DNA of 63,693 nucleotides, filler included, from an uncultured Methanosarcinales archaeon (GTDB lineage: Archaea > Nanobdellota > Nanobdellia > Woesearchaeales > CALCXY01): NCBI GenBank assembly GCA_964385185.1. It is 4 parts of 4 records of this genome, joined end to end, with 100 filler letters (N's around TTAATTAATTAA, not from the genome) between each part and the next. Parts side by side here need not be neighbours in the genome. Positions count along the whole stretch, not along the records: positions 23,170 to 54,893 come from CAYLOA010000014.1; positions 54,994 to 63,693 come from CAYLOA010000037.1; 2 more parts are not named here. One strand, given 5' to 3'. Made by a program: the position numbers and the translations under genes. How positions within the stretch are numbered: position 1 is the stretch's first letter; each line of letters starts with the position of its first letter. Of the stretch, positions 46,670-56,574 are shown piece after piece. The notes beneath the pieces are model-generated. The model saw only the letters and a program-made list of their open reading frames with translations. It was not told the DNA's origin and did not search any database.

Positions 46670-47275
46670 TTACTTTCTTTTCATAATATAACTTAAAAAA
46701 ACAGGTCGTCCTTTCTCTACAGTACGTTCAAAATGTAATATTTCAAAATAAGGAATAAAAAGCTTCCTCAATTCTGAATCACTAAAATAGGATAGATATC
46801 TTTCTCGCTTAGTATGTGATTCTAATTCAATTCCTTCTTTACTTCCTTCTTTCATAGATAAACCTAGAATTCCATCCTTCTTAATAATCATACTAATTTT
46901 CTTAACTACTAATGGAATCTTCTTTTTAGGGAGATTAAGAAGACTCGCAAATGCCCAAACACCTTCAAATGAACCATCAGGAAAAGAAATATCCTCTAAA
47001 TCCATCTGTAGAGTTTTCAACCCTTTTTTCTTGCATATAGCTAACATTTCTTTAGAAAAATCCACACAAAGTACATCAAGTCCATGTTCTTGAAAATAGG
47101 AGGCATGATTTCCAGGACCACACCCAAGATCAACTATCTTTTTTCCCTTGATCTTCTTTAGAAAAAGATCACAAAACTTTTTAACTTTAGTTTGAAAATG
47201 CTTTTCAAATTTCTGATCCAAATCCTTGGCAAATGCATTGTAAGATTCCTTTGTTATTTTTTTATAATCATCCAT
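46670..47275 (-). CDS. Class I SAM-dependent methyltransferase
   Basis: VDLGCGPG, VDFSKEM, FEGVWAFASL. Confidence 0.9.
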   Translation of the reverse strand: MDDYKKITKESYNAFAKDLDQKFEKHFQTKVKKFCDLFLKKIKGKKIVDLGCGPGNHASYFQEHGLDVLCVDFSKEMLAICKKKGLKTLQMDLEDISFPDGSFEGVWAFASLLNLPKKKIPLVVKKISMIIKKDGILGLSMKEGSKEGIELESHTKRERYLSYFSDSELRKLFIPYFEILHFERTVEKGRPVFLSYIMKRK

Positions 47276-49496
47276 CGTACTCCCTCTCCAAAACCTCTTT
47301 TATCCTACGAGCTTTAGTAGGACCAATCTTATCAACTTTCTGCAATTTCTCCTCAGTAGCATTCACCAATTTCTTCACCGTCTTAAACTTCTTCAAAAGA
47401 GGCTTTGCCAATGTCCCCCCTACACCAGGCAAACTTCCCACAATAAACTCTTGCCATTGTTGAAGACTCATCTCTCTTTTAGCAGCATGTAAACTAAAAT
47501 CTTTCCCCTCTAAATCTTGCTCACGTTTGGCAATAGCCAATAACACTCCTGCCGTATCTTTGGCATTCTTTGTACGAAGTACAGGAATACCATAACTCAC
47601 AGCAATAGTTGCCAACATGCCACGAACAGCATTCTCATGAATATTACGAACACTATAAATATCCTCAACACCTTCTATAATTACAACAGGTCTTTCAAAA
47701 CTCACCTTCAAATCCTTTAATTGCAATAATAACCGTCCATCAATGATAGAGTCAATAAAATCTTGAACCGTCTTATACTCTACACCCACTCTCCGACTAA
47801 GCACATAATCTCCGACTGGTAATTGTTCTAATTGTAATTTAGCATCTTCTTCCACAAGAGCCTTAATCACAGCACTCCCTTTCTCTCGATGGTCTGCATA
47901 GACAAGTAAATCTGTCCCCTCAGGCGTAGGCTTCTCTGCATAATCATGTAAAGTTTTAGGTTTTCGTAACATTGTCCCTAATTTACCCTTTAATTCCTCT
48001 AATGTTCTATGCATTCTCTTCTCCTTGTTTTGTGCAGCATATCGATATCCTTCATCTCGAGTCCCTTTGGTCAAGAGTACCGTTACTTTCCCCTTTTCCA
48101 TCCTTCCAGTCCTACCTCTCCGTTGAATCTGACGAATAGCACTCGCTACAGGTTCATAAAAAATAACACTATCAACTTTAGGAATATCTAATCCTTCTTC
48201 ACCAATACTAGTTGCTACTAAAACATTATACTCCCCTGATCTAAACTGATCCAAAACTTCTTTCTGCTCCTTCTGACTCATCCCAGTCCCTGCCTTTTTA
48301 GTCTGTCCAACAAATAATTTAGCACGAATTCCCTTCAAAGCATTCAACTCGCGTTCGACAACAACTGCATTGTCCCTATAATTGTTAAAAACAATAATTT
48401 TAGCTCCCGGATCTTCAAATTCTTTTGCAACAATTTCTCCCAAACGAACCAACTTAGGATGTTTGTATCCTTTCTCCATCAAATCTTCACATTTCACCAA
48501 TGCACTTTTGAAATCAATATCTCTAACAATACTCTGAACAGCCTTCACTTTACTCGTTCTCCCATCTTGAGCCATTCTGCCTAAATACATTCCCAATGGC
48601 TCTACTCCTTGTGTTTCCAATAATTCCAAAGCATGTCCCATCTTCATAATCTCTGCCAAAACACTAATTCCTTGCCAAAGTATGGGATCTCTCTCGCCTG
48701 AGGCAATCTTCCCACGAACCTCAGCTTGTAACCCTAACAACAGTGACTTATTGGCATACTTCACATTTCCATATTTGAGTATTCCCCAACTTTTTAGTTT
48801 CTCCAATCTACCTTGTAAAAAATGCTCCAAATAACCCTGCATACTTTTTAATTCCTCAGACAATTCAACTTTCTCCCAAACTAATTCTACATCTTGTATG
48901 TAAGGTTTAACATCTGGATCACTATCAGTTCGAACTTCAATCCCATCTATAGATAAATTTTCACAAACCTCAGAAATAGTCTCCATATCACTCCCAGGAC
49001 TAGCTGTCAAGGCAAGTATCCTGGGATAACGAGCTTTCTTCTCATACTGTTGAGCAACAAACACATACGCATAATTTCCTGTAGCTCGATGAGCCTCATC
49101 TACCCCTAAAAGACTGACATCAGCTAAATCTATTCGATTACTCAAAATATCATTCTCCAATCCTTGAGGAGTAGAAAATATAATCTGACACTCCTTCCAC
49201 AACTCTTTTCGTTTTTCAGGACGAACCATCCCAGTAAAGATGGCAACCTTTTCATCATCAATCTCAAAATGTTCTAAAAAAACAGATTTGTATTGCTCAA
49301 TAAGTGGTTTTGTTGGTCCTAAAAATAAAATCTTAGACTGAGGATATTGTTGTAACCTCTGAGCCGCCAACAACAAAAAGATATTAGTCTTCCCCATACC
49401 GGTTGGCAATACCACTAATGTATTCTTCTCAGCAGCAGTAGCCAATATAGTCTCTTGATACAACCGAGGAGTAAAATTCTTAATCATAAACAGCAT
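47268..49496 (-). CDS. hef: Hef helicase-nuclease (FANCM-like SF2 helicase + ERCC4 nuclease + HhH)
   Basis: LPTGMGKT, DEAH, TASPG, EEGLDIP, QRRGRTGR, GDY...EYKT, LPGVG/IGP HhH. Confidence 0.96.
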   Translation of the reverse strand: MLFMIKNFTPRLYQETILATAAEKNTLVVLPTGMGKTNIFLLLAAQRLQQYPQSKILFLGPTKPLIEQYKSVFLEHFEIDDEKVAIFTGMVRPEKRKELWKECQIIFSTPQGLENDILSNRIDLADVSLLGVDEAHRATGNYAYVFVAQQYEKKARYPRILALTASPGSDMETISEVCENLSIDGIEVRTDSDPDVKPYIQDVELVWEKVELSEELKSMQGYLEHFLQGRLEKLKSWGILKYGNVKYANKSLLLGLQAEVRGKIASGERDPILWQGISVLAEIMKMGHALELLETQGVEPLGMYLGRMAQDGRTSKVKAVQSIVRDIDFKSALVKCEDLMEKGYKHPKLVRLGEIVAKEFEDPGAKIIVFNNYRDNAVVVERELNALKGIRAKLFVGQTKKAGTGMSQKEQKEVLDQFRSGEYNVLVATSIGEEGLDIPKVDSVIFYEPVASAIRQIQRRGRTGRMEKGKVTVLLTKGTRDEGYRYAAQNKEKRMHRTLEELKGKLGTMLRKPKTLHDYAEKPTPEGTDLLVYADHREKGSAVIKALVEEDAKLQLEQLPVGDYVLSRRVGVEYKTVQDFIDSIIDGRLLLQLKDLKVSFERPVVIIEGVEDIYSVRNIHENAVRGMLATIAVSYGIPVLRTKNAKDTAGVLLAIAKREQDLEGKDFSLHAAKREMSLQQWQEFIVGSLPGVGGTLAKPLLKKFKTVKKLVNATEEKLQKVDKIGPTKARRIKEVLEREYDG

Positions 49497-49574
49497 AAGC
49501 CAAAGTAAACTTATAAGGCTTTTCCCCCTACTTGTCCTGTGGTAGCCTCAAAAAGCCAATATTATACCAATTTA

Positions 49575-49913
49575 CTAGAAATCCTTACTAAACAATAAAC
49601 CTTTGCTATGCAAATAATAAGTAGTTAACCATCCAAAACCAAACAAAAACACCATTACCCCTCGGTTACCATACTGAACTAAACTACTGCCAATTAAGAA
49701 ACCAACTAAGAATCCAAAGATAATCAAGAAAAACTTAAAATGCCCAGATTTTTTAGTCCTATACCATAATTTTCCAAATAACATTCCTGATAAAAAAATA
49801 ATTATGTAACTCACAACAGCTGATGTGCTCGTCAGACTCACGATAAATCCGATTACAAGAACTAAAAAAGCGATAGCCTCAGGCCACTCAAGTAAAAAAT
49901 TAAATTTTGCCAT
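49575..49913 (-). CDS. Small polytopic membrane protein
   Basis: About four hydrophobic helices; abuts the upstream gene. Confidence 0.75.
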   Translation of the reverse strand: MAKFNFLLEWPEAIAFLVLVIGFIVSLTSTSAVVSYIIIFLSGMLFGKLWYRTKKSGHFKFFLIIFGFLVGFLIGSSLVQYGNRGVMVFLFGFGWLTTYYLHSKGLLFSKDF

Positions 49914-49914
49914 G

Positions 49915-50670
49915 TTAAAAATAATTCCAAGCTCCTACTTCAAATGATACGTAGTAGAGCAACCATATAATACCTCCTATTATTAATCCAAGAATCCAAG
50001 AATACACTCCAAATCCAGCCAAAACAGTATATCCTAAAACACTTCCAAAAATAAAAGCAAACGTTAATCGTGAATGAAAGAATAGCTTACTCCCATCAAG
50101 CGGAGGAATCGGTAATAAATTCCAAACAGCAAAAGCCAAATTAAAAATAAACAGTTTATTCAATAAAGCGTTTCCTCCAGAAAAGAAAATCAGCTCCACG
50201 GATTTAACCAAAGTTGCCATAACAATGGAAGCAATCGGTCCACAAAGTGCAACAATACTAACTCCTAAAGTGTTAGGACCATATCTAAAAAATCCTAACC
50301 TATGAATCACAGAATGGTGGGCCCAAAAACTACCGGGAATTAACACCCAAATATTTCCTCGAGAAACTAATGTAAAAATTACACCAATAAGTGCTCCATA
50401 CCACCAAAGTTGATACTCGACCCTAAATCCTGCACTAAACGCAGCCAGCCTATGTCCTGTCTCATGAGCTATTACACTCAGCCCTACACCAACGGCAATA
50501 AGAATAAAATGAACAATCCAAGAGGACAAATTGAAAGTCTCACTTCCGTCATTGAATGCAATTATAAAAGTCAACACCAAAGTAGTAATAACCAAAGCTT
50601 TCTTCTCTTCTTTGTTAAAGGGATAATATCTCTTAATCTTATCCCAATAATTCCTTGGTCCTGTGGCCAT
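49915..50670 (-). CDS. Site-2 protease family (M50) membrane metalloprotease
   Basis: HETGH, ALCGP, NLLPIPPLDG. Confidence 0.92.
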   Translation of the reverse strand: MATGPRNYWDKIKRYYPFNKEEKKALVITTLVLTFIIAFNDGSETFNLSSWIVHFILIAVGVGLSVIAHETGHRLAAFSAGFRVEYQLWWYGALIGVIFTLVSRGNIWVLIPGSFWAHHSVIHRLGFFRYGPNTLGVSIVALCGPIASIVMATLVKSVELIFFSGGNALLNKLFIFNLAFAVWNLLPIPPLDGSKLFFHSRLTFAFIFGSVLGYTVLAGFGVYSWILGLIIGGIIWLLYYVSFEVGAWNYF

Positions 50671-50705
50671 ACTCCATTATCGGGTATGAACGTATAAAAA
50701 TGTTT

Positions 50706-51392
50706 CTACACAACATCAATATTCTTAGAATTCCCTTTAATAATATCAATCATCTCTTTTTCGTGACCTGCACCAACGATAGCAACTAATGGTTTTCCAT
50801 CAAAATCTTTCATAATCTTAATCAACTTCTTCGCCATAAACACATTCCTCTCTTCAACCAAAACACGATACAAATTAGGATACCTCACTTTAACTTCACC
50901 AATCATTTTAGCAATAAGCTCTTTTGAAGGCACCGTATTCAGATCAAATTGATATGTTTTTTGACGTAATACAAATCCTTTGAATAAATCCACCACAAAA
51001 TTCCATTTTTCTCCCCAAGTTAATGCTCTACTCAACCGATTAAGAGTAATTTCAATATCTTGGTCAATAAATGCAATCTTAGTTTTCTCACGCCGAGCCA
51101 CTTCCATAGCTTTCTTCATTTCATCCCCAGGACTGACTCCCACATAATCTCCCATCTTTTTCTCAGCCCATCCACCCAATAGAGCAAATAAATACCCTTT
51201 GACTCCAATTCGAGGAATATCACTGATACTGATCCTCCCTTTGATATTATGCATAAGAGCATACGCTCTTTTCCGATCTAATTCCACGCAAACAAGTTCA
51301 GGTTTCTCCCGAAGAATAGCTTCCTCAACTTCCACCATACTCTCTTTTGAGATATGAGATGTTCCAATTAAGGTTAAATGCTTATATTTCAT
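50706..51392 (-). CDS. TraB/PrgY (TraB-GumN superfamily) domain protein
   Basis: IGTSHIS, VCVELD, PGDEM, DQDIEITL, ERN, VGAGH. Confidence 0.92.
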   Translation of the reverse strand: MKYKHLTLIGTSHISKESMVEVEEAILREKPELVCVELDRKRAYALMHNIKGRISISDIPRIGVKGYLFALLGGWAEKKMGDYVGVSPGDEMKKAMEVARREKTKIAFIDQDIEITLNRLSRALTWGEKWNFVVDLFKGFVLRQKTYQFDLNTVPSKELIAKMIGEVKVRYPNLYRVLVEERNVFMAKKLIKIMKDFDGKPLVAIVGAGHEKEMIDIIKGNSKNIDVV

Positions 51393-51512
51393 AATTACCT
51401 AGAAAACGAGATATATTATAAAGATATGCAATACCTATACTACCATGCAGAAAACTTTAAATACAAGCTAAACTCATTATCACTATAAAATAACAGTAAC
51501 AAGGTGATCACT

Positions 51513-51794
51513 ATGCTAAAAATGAAGAAAATTTCCGAAACATTCGAAATGAAGGTATTTACAGATACAGGAGAATACTTCGGAGACGTTGAAGAAGGAA
51601 TCTTAACCTCAACAAAAGTCTTTGGTTGGAGAGTCCGTGCTACTAAAAATTCATTTCTAAATAAAGTGCTAGGATCTGCAAAAGGAGTTATCGTACCACA
51701 CCAATTAGTAAAAGCTATTGGCGATGTAATGGTCATCTCAAAAGCAGCTGTTCCATCTTACTCACCTGAAGAAGAAGCACAAGCTGAACAGTAG
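51513..51794 (+). CDS. PRC-barrel domain protein (CdpB-like, possibly cell division)
   Basis: VFTDTGEYFGDVEE, VIVPHQLVKAIGDVMVI; AGGTGA RBS. Confidence 0.88.
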   Translation: MLKMKKISETFEMKVFTDTGEYFGDVEEGILTSTKVFGWRVRATKNSFLNKVLGSAKGVIVPHQLVKAIGDVMVISKAAVPSYSPEEEAQAEQ

Positions 51795-51853
51795 TGGTAA
51801 AAAACATCACCATTCTAAAAAACTTTAAATACACCTAGATTCATTTCTATCAT

Positions 51854-52570
51854 ATGGACATTGAACCATTGCTCTCATTAGGCCTCACAAAAACGGAGGC
51901 CAAGATATACATCGACTTACTAGAGCTAGGACCATCATTAGTAGGAACCTTATCAAAGAAAACAGGCTTCCATAGAAGATCATTATATGATGCACTAGAA
52001 CGTCTAATAAACAAAGGATTAGTTTCCTACATAACAACAAACAATAGAAAATACTTTGAAGCTGCCGACCCGAGCACGTTATTAGAACTTCAAAAAGAAC
52101 AAGAACACAGAATTAAAGATCTTCTTCCAGAACTTAATCTAAAAAAGCAAATGTCCAAAGACGACAATGATACCACTTTCTTTAGAGGAGTCCAAGGATT
52201 AAAAAGTGTTTTTAACGATCAACTCAAAGAAAGAAAAGAAATCCTCGTATTTGGAGCCTCTAGAGATATTTCCCATATTTTAAAATATTATCTTCCCCAT
52301 TATGATAATGCTAGAAAAAAATATAATATTCCAGTAAAAATTATCTATGATAATTCTTCAAAACAATCTCTCTCAAAAAATATCCCTTTGTTTGAAGTAA
52401 AATTTCTTCCGAAAGAATATGCATCGCCAGCCTCCACAAATATCTATGGAGATAAAGTGGCAATCCTGCTCTGGGAGGAAGAACCATTAGCAATCGTCAT
52501 AAAAAATAAAAAAATTGCAGATGCATATCGATCCTTCTTTTCATTGCTATGGAAAACTGCTAAATCTTAA
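51854..52570 (+). CDS. TrmB family transcriptional regulator
   Basis: LGLTKTEAKIY, YDALERLINKGLV, IYGDKVAI. Confidence 0.92.
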   Translation: MDIEPLLSLGLTKTEAKIYIDLLELGPSLVGTLSKKTGFHRRSLYDALERLINKGLVSYITTNNRKYFEAADPSTLLELQKEQEHRIKDLLPELNLKKQMSKDDNDTTFFRGVQGLKSVFNDQLKERKEILVFGASRDISHILKYYLPHYDNARKKYNIPVKIIYDNSSKQSLSKNIPLFEVKFLPKEYASPASTNIYGDKVAILLWEEEPLAIVIKNKKIADAYRSFFSLLWKTAKS

Positions 52571-52703
52571 TATATGCACTTAAAATATTATTTTCCATAT
52601 GACTAATAAATATACTAGAGTTTCGAAAAGCAAAAACTATTTAAAGTTAGAATTTCATAATTAAAGTCTGCCAAAGTTTCTAAAAAAGGAGGGCATTATA
52701 TTC

Positions 52704-54893
52704 ATGGATCAAACAAACAAGCAGATGGAGTCGGCTCTGTCAAATGGAGCACAAACAGATGAATTTTCTCTGATGTTTGATCACAAGAGTAAACTATCCT
52801 CACTAGTACCAACAGAAAGAATTGAAGCATACAAAAGATTATTCTACAATATTAAAACATGGCAAGAATCAGGAGAAGTACCTTATCATCCCACGAATGA
52901 ATATTTAGGAGGATCTGAACTTGCCTCAGATATCTACAAGAAAAAATATTTCTTAAAAGATCTCAAAAATAAACACATTGAAGACAGGCCTGAACAAGTC
53001 TTTAGAAGACTAGCGGCATACATAGCTGCAATCGAAACAGATCCAGTAAAACAAGATGAATACGCAAAGCGATTCTATAATAGCCTCTATAATGGCCATT
53101 TTCTCCCAGGGGGGAGAGTCATTGCAGGAGCTGGAGACCTGTACAGACTAAAAACACTTGCAAATTGTTTTGTAAGCATTGTAGAGCGAGATAACATTGA
53201 ATCCATCTATAAAGCAGCCTACGAATGTGCAAGAACATACTCATATGGTGGAGGAATCGGAGTGGATATCTCTGTTCTTCGACCACAAAACTCCGTCGTC
53301 CACAATGCAGCAGACTTTTCAACAGGAGCAGTCTCTTTTATGGAAATTTACTCATTAACTACAGGACTTATTGGTCAAGCAGGAAGAAGAGGAGCATTAA
53401 TGTTAACGTTAGATGTAAAACATCCAGATGTATTCAACTTTATCCATGTCAAAAAAGCATCCAATTGGGTCACTAAACAAATCGCTGAGCAATGTAGTTG
53501 GTCAGGAAAGTTCAATGATGAACAAATTGGAGAAATTGAAAAACAAGTAAGAGAAAATACCCAAATTAGATTCGCAAATATCTCATTAAAGGTTTCAGAT
53601 GAATTTATGCAAGCAGTAGATGAACAAACCAAACATGGTAAAGATAAAATCATCATTTACAAAAAAGGACCTACTCAAAACTCTCCGGTTGTCCAAGATG
53701 AAACATCACTTCATTATTCATTCAGCATTCCATCAAAAAATATTGATGAATATCAAGAATTAGGAGTATACAACACAGTGGAAGAAGCAAATGCGGCTTT
53801 AGCAGAATATAACGTATCATTCTCATCTGAGCAATTAGAAGATAATAATTTAAGAGATAATTTTGGAGATCTTATCCTCTCATCACCACAAGGTCAACTC
53901 GCTGTAAAGAAATCTGGAGACTTTATGCTCTATTTCCATTCCAAGAATGTAGGAGAATTAAAAGAATTAGTAAAAGCAAGAGATATTTGGAATCCTTTTG
54001 TAGCAGGAAACTACACAACAGCAGAACCAGGCCTCATTTTCTGGTCAACCATGACAAAATACTCTCCTTCAAACTATGTAGGCAGACCGATTATTTCCAC
54101 CAATCCTTGTGGAGAAGTTCCACTTGAAGATGGAGGAGCTTGTAATCTGAGTTCAATTAATCTTTCAAGGCTAGTACTCAATGGATACACACCAGAAGCT
54201 AAAATAGATTGGGATACCCTAAAACAAGTAACTCAAGACGTAACACGATTCTTAGACAGTGTAGTTGTATGGAATGAAACACTCAATCCTCTAGAAAAAC
54301 AGAGAACTTCTGCTAATGAAACAAAAAGACTCGGTCTAGGAGTTATGGGAATTGCAGATATGTGTAATCAATTAGGTATTGGATATGACAGCCCCGAAGG
54401 AGTAGAATTACTAGAAAAAATAAGTAAATTAATCGCAAACTATGCGTATCGAGCATCTGCTTTATTATCTGAAGAAAAAGGGCCTTCCCCTATTTTTAAT
54501 TACGAACAATATGCGAAGAATCCTTTTTTCCAAGAATCTCTTGATGAAGAAACAAGATCTTTGGTAAAGGAAAAAGGACTTAGGAATATTGCAATCCTCT
54601 CTATTGCTCCAACCGGAACAATAAGTAATGTAGTGTTAGGATTTACAAGCAAAAATAAACATTATGTAGGAGTTTCTGGAGGAATTGAACCCATTTTTGC
54701 ATTGGCATATGATAGAAGATCTGAGTCATTTGGAAATAAAGTATTCAAAGTCTTCCATGCAACCGTCCAAGCATATCTAGACCTCACCGGAAAAACAGAA
54801 GAAGCTAAGCTTGCAAAAGATGATGAAGAGTTAAAACAATTCCTTCCTGAATATTTTTTCAGAACAGCACATTACCTTACTCCAGATACAAGA
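52704..54893 (+). CDS. nrdJ: Ribonucleotide reductase, probably class II (adenosylcobalamin-dependent), 3'-truncated
   Basis: FLPGGR, ANCFV, GGGIG, QAGRRGA, ANIS, EPG, TNPCGE, GLGVMG, IAPTGT, SGGIEP. Confidence 0.88.
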
Positions 54894-54993
54894 NNNNNNN
54901 NNNNNNNNNNNNNNNNNNNNNNNNNNNNNNNNNNNNNTTAATTAATTAANNNNNNNNNNNNNNNNNNNNNNNNNNNNNNNNNNNNNNNNNNNN
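54894..54993. other. Artificial contig joint
   Basis: N-padded TTAATTAATTAA at 54938-54949. Confidence 0.97.
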
Positions 54994-54995
54994 CT

Positions 54996-56105
54996 GGGTT
55001 TACTGCTCTTGTTGATTTATCTTCTAATGAATATGGTTTTCAAGATACTGTAACATTGAAGCCAGAGGCTTGTTTTATAGAACCTTATTTTTTGCAGACT
55101 TGTGATCCAAGTCAAAAGGAAACATTGGAGAATGTTCAACAGCAGGTAAAAGGAATGGACTCTACAAAATGTAGGGATCTTACTAATCTGTTGAGTGAAA
55201 ATGGACTTGCAGAAGATATTAAAGGTAGAAAAAAAGGTCGTTCACCTTTATTTTTTTATGGGATAGCCGATCAACCTTTTTATCTTAATTTGAGTAGTTA
55301 TGAGCGGATGGTAAAGGCAACTTCTTTGGCATCTTCTGTATTATCGGCTGAAGCAAAGAAAAAGAGGGAAGGCAGGCAGTTTTTTACAGGATCAATTGAT
55401 TTTATGGTGGATGGAGAAAATATTTACTTAATTGATATTGGGTCTCCAGCTGTTGGTTTTATTTGTGACATTGAAGCTTGCAGTATTGTTCTTGGGAGGG
55501 ATGCTCAGTATGGTGAAAATTTTTTATGTTCTGCTGTATTTGATGATTTTCAACTTGCAAGAAATCAGCAATCTAAGGATCTTGGTTTTTTTAAGTCGGA
55601 AAAAGATAGACTTGCTAAGATTTTACAAAATGGATCAGGACCGATTCTTGAAGTAGACACAGAGGATTATGAAATTGCCATCAATGGTGAAGAACTTCCT
55701 TCTAAGGAATATGATTATCTTTCAAGGAATCAACCCTTGAGAAATAGAATACTAAGGGATATTGCTCCTGAATTAGCTAAGCTAGGGGTAAAAATACCTG
55801 CAAGCGAAGTTATTATCCCAGAAAGATATGACTTAATTCAACAATTTTATGAACAAAATCGTCTTGGTGACGATTATGGACTTGTTGTAAAGAAAAAAGT
55901 TATGTTTAAAGAGTATTGGAGTGGAAATGGTAGTTTTAAGCCTCTAGTAGTTCCCATTTGGAGCAATGAACTCAAAGTTGATAGAAAATCAAGTACTTTG
56001 TTTGAACAGTATATTCCAAGCCTAACCGATGTTGACATTGCAGGTGGTGGAAGGGGTAAGAGGTCTTATGAAATTAGACTATATTTTGTAGGGGGTGTCC
56101 AATGA
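54996..56105 (+). CDS. 5'-truncated protein, possibly a divergent circularly permuted ATP-grasp
   Basis: Frame open from the gap (GFTALVDLSS...); SIDFMVDGENIYLIDIGSPAVG precedes LVVKK, FEQYIP, YEIRLYFVGG. Confidence 0.55.
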   Translation, partial: GFTALVDLSSNEYGFQDTVTLKPEACFIEPYFLQTCDPSQKETLENVQQQVKGMDSTKCRDLTNLLSENGLAEDIKGRKKGRSPLFFYGIADQPFYLNLSSYERMVKATSLASSVLSAEAKKKREGRQFFTGSIDFMVDGENIYLIDIGSPAVGFICDIEACSIVLGRDAQYGENFLCSAVFDDFQLARNQQSKDLGFFKSEKDRLAKILQNGSGPILEVDTEDYEIAINGEELPSKEYDYLSRNQPLRNRILRDIAPELAKLGVKIPASEVIIPERYDLIQQFYEQNRLGDDYGLVVKKKVMFKEYWSGNGSFKPLVVPIWSNELKVDRKSSTLFEQYIPSLTDVDIAGGGRGKRSYEIRLYFVGGVQ

Positions 56106-56551
56106 TTAAACTTATTATTTTTGATTATAATCGGACATTATTTATTCCTGAATTGGGTTGTATTCCTAGGGCCAACAGAGATATTTTAGTGGCGTTGGAC
56201 AGACTAGGATATAATTTAGCAGTTATTAGTGTAGATAAAGCCGGTAGACTAATAGACGGAATTACTACTGACGGAATTCCTATTCTGCTTAAAAAAACAT
56301 CTGAGAAGAATATTTTGGATTTTTCAGATGTTTTAGATCACTTCAGGTGTGTCCCTTCAGAAACTATCGTTGTGGGGGATAGATTGGAAGAGGAAATTAG
56401 AATAGGTAATGAACTTGGGTGCATAACTGTTTGGATTCGAAATGGTTCAGCTGACAATACTTTATGTATAAACTTAAGGGAGAAACCAAATTTCGAAATT
56501 TGGGATCTGATTGAGGTGCAATCAATTTTGAAACAACAATTAAATTTATAA
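56102..56551 (+). CDS. HAD-superfamily hydrolase
   Basis: IIFDYNRTL motif I, VGDRLEEEI..G motif IV; ATGA overlap. Confidence 0.85.
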   Translation: MIKLIIFDYNRTLFIPELGCIPRANRDILVALDRLGYNLAVISVDKAGRLIDGITTDGIPILLKKTSEKNILDFSDVLDHFRCVPSETIVVGDRLEEEIRIGNELGCITVWIRNGSADNTLCINLREKPNFEIWDLIEVQSILKQQLNL

Positions 56552-56574
56552 AGATAGTAAGGTGAGGATAACAT

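Noticed and set aside
51440..51736. 98-aa minus-strand ORF
   Set aside because: Antisense to the PRC-barrel gene, which has a clear RBS and motif.
26453..54893. Inteins in MCM, Hef or the ribonucleotide reductase
   Set aside because: No intein termini or LAGLIDADG motifs seen; MCM and Hef are of normal length.
12507..54993. TTAATTAATTAA palindromes inside N runs as a biological repeat
   Set aside because: Identical N-padded six-frame stop spacers; these are artificial contig joints. ORF ends running into them are truncations, and cross-joint synteny was ignored.
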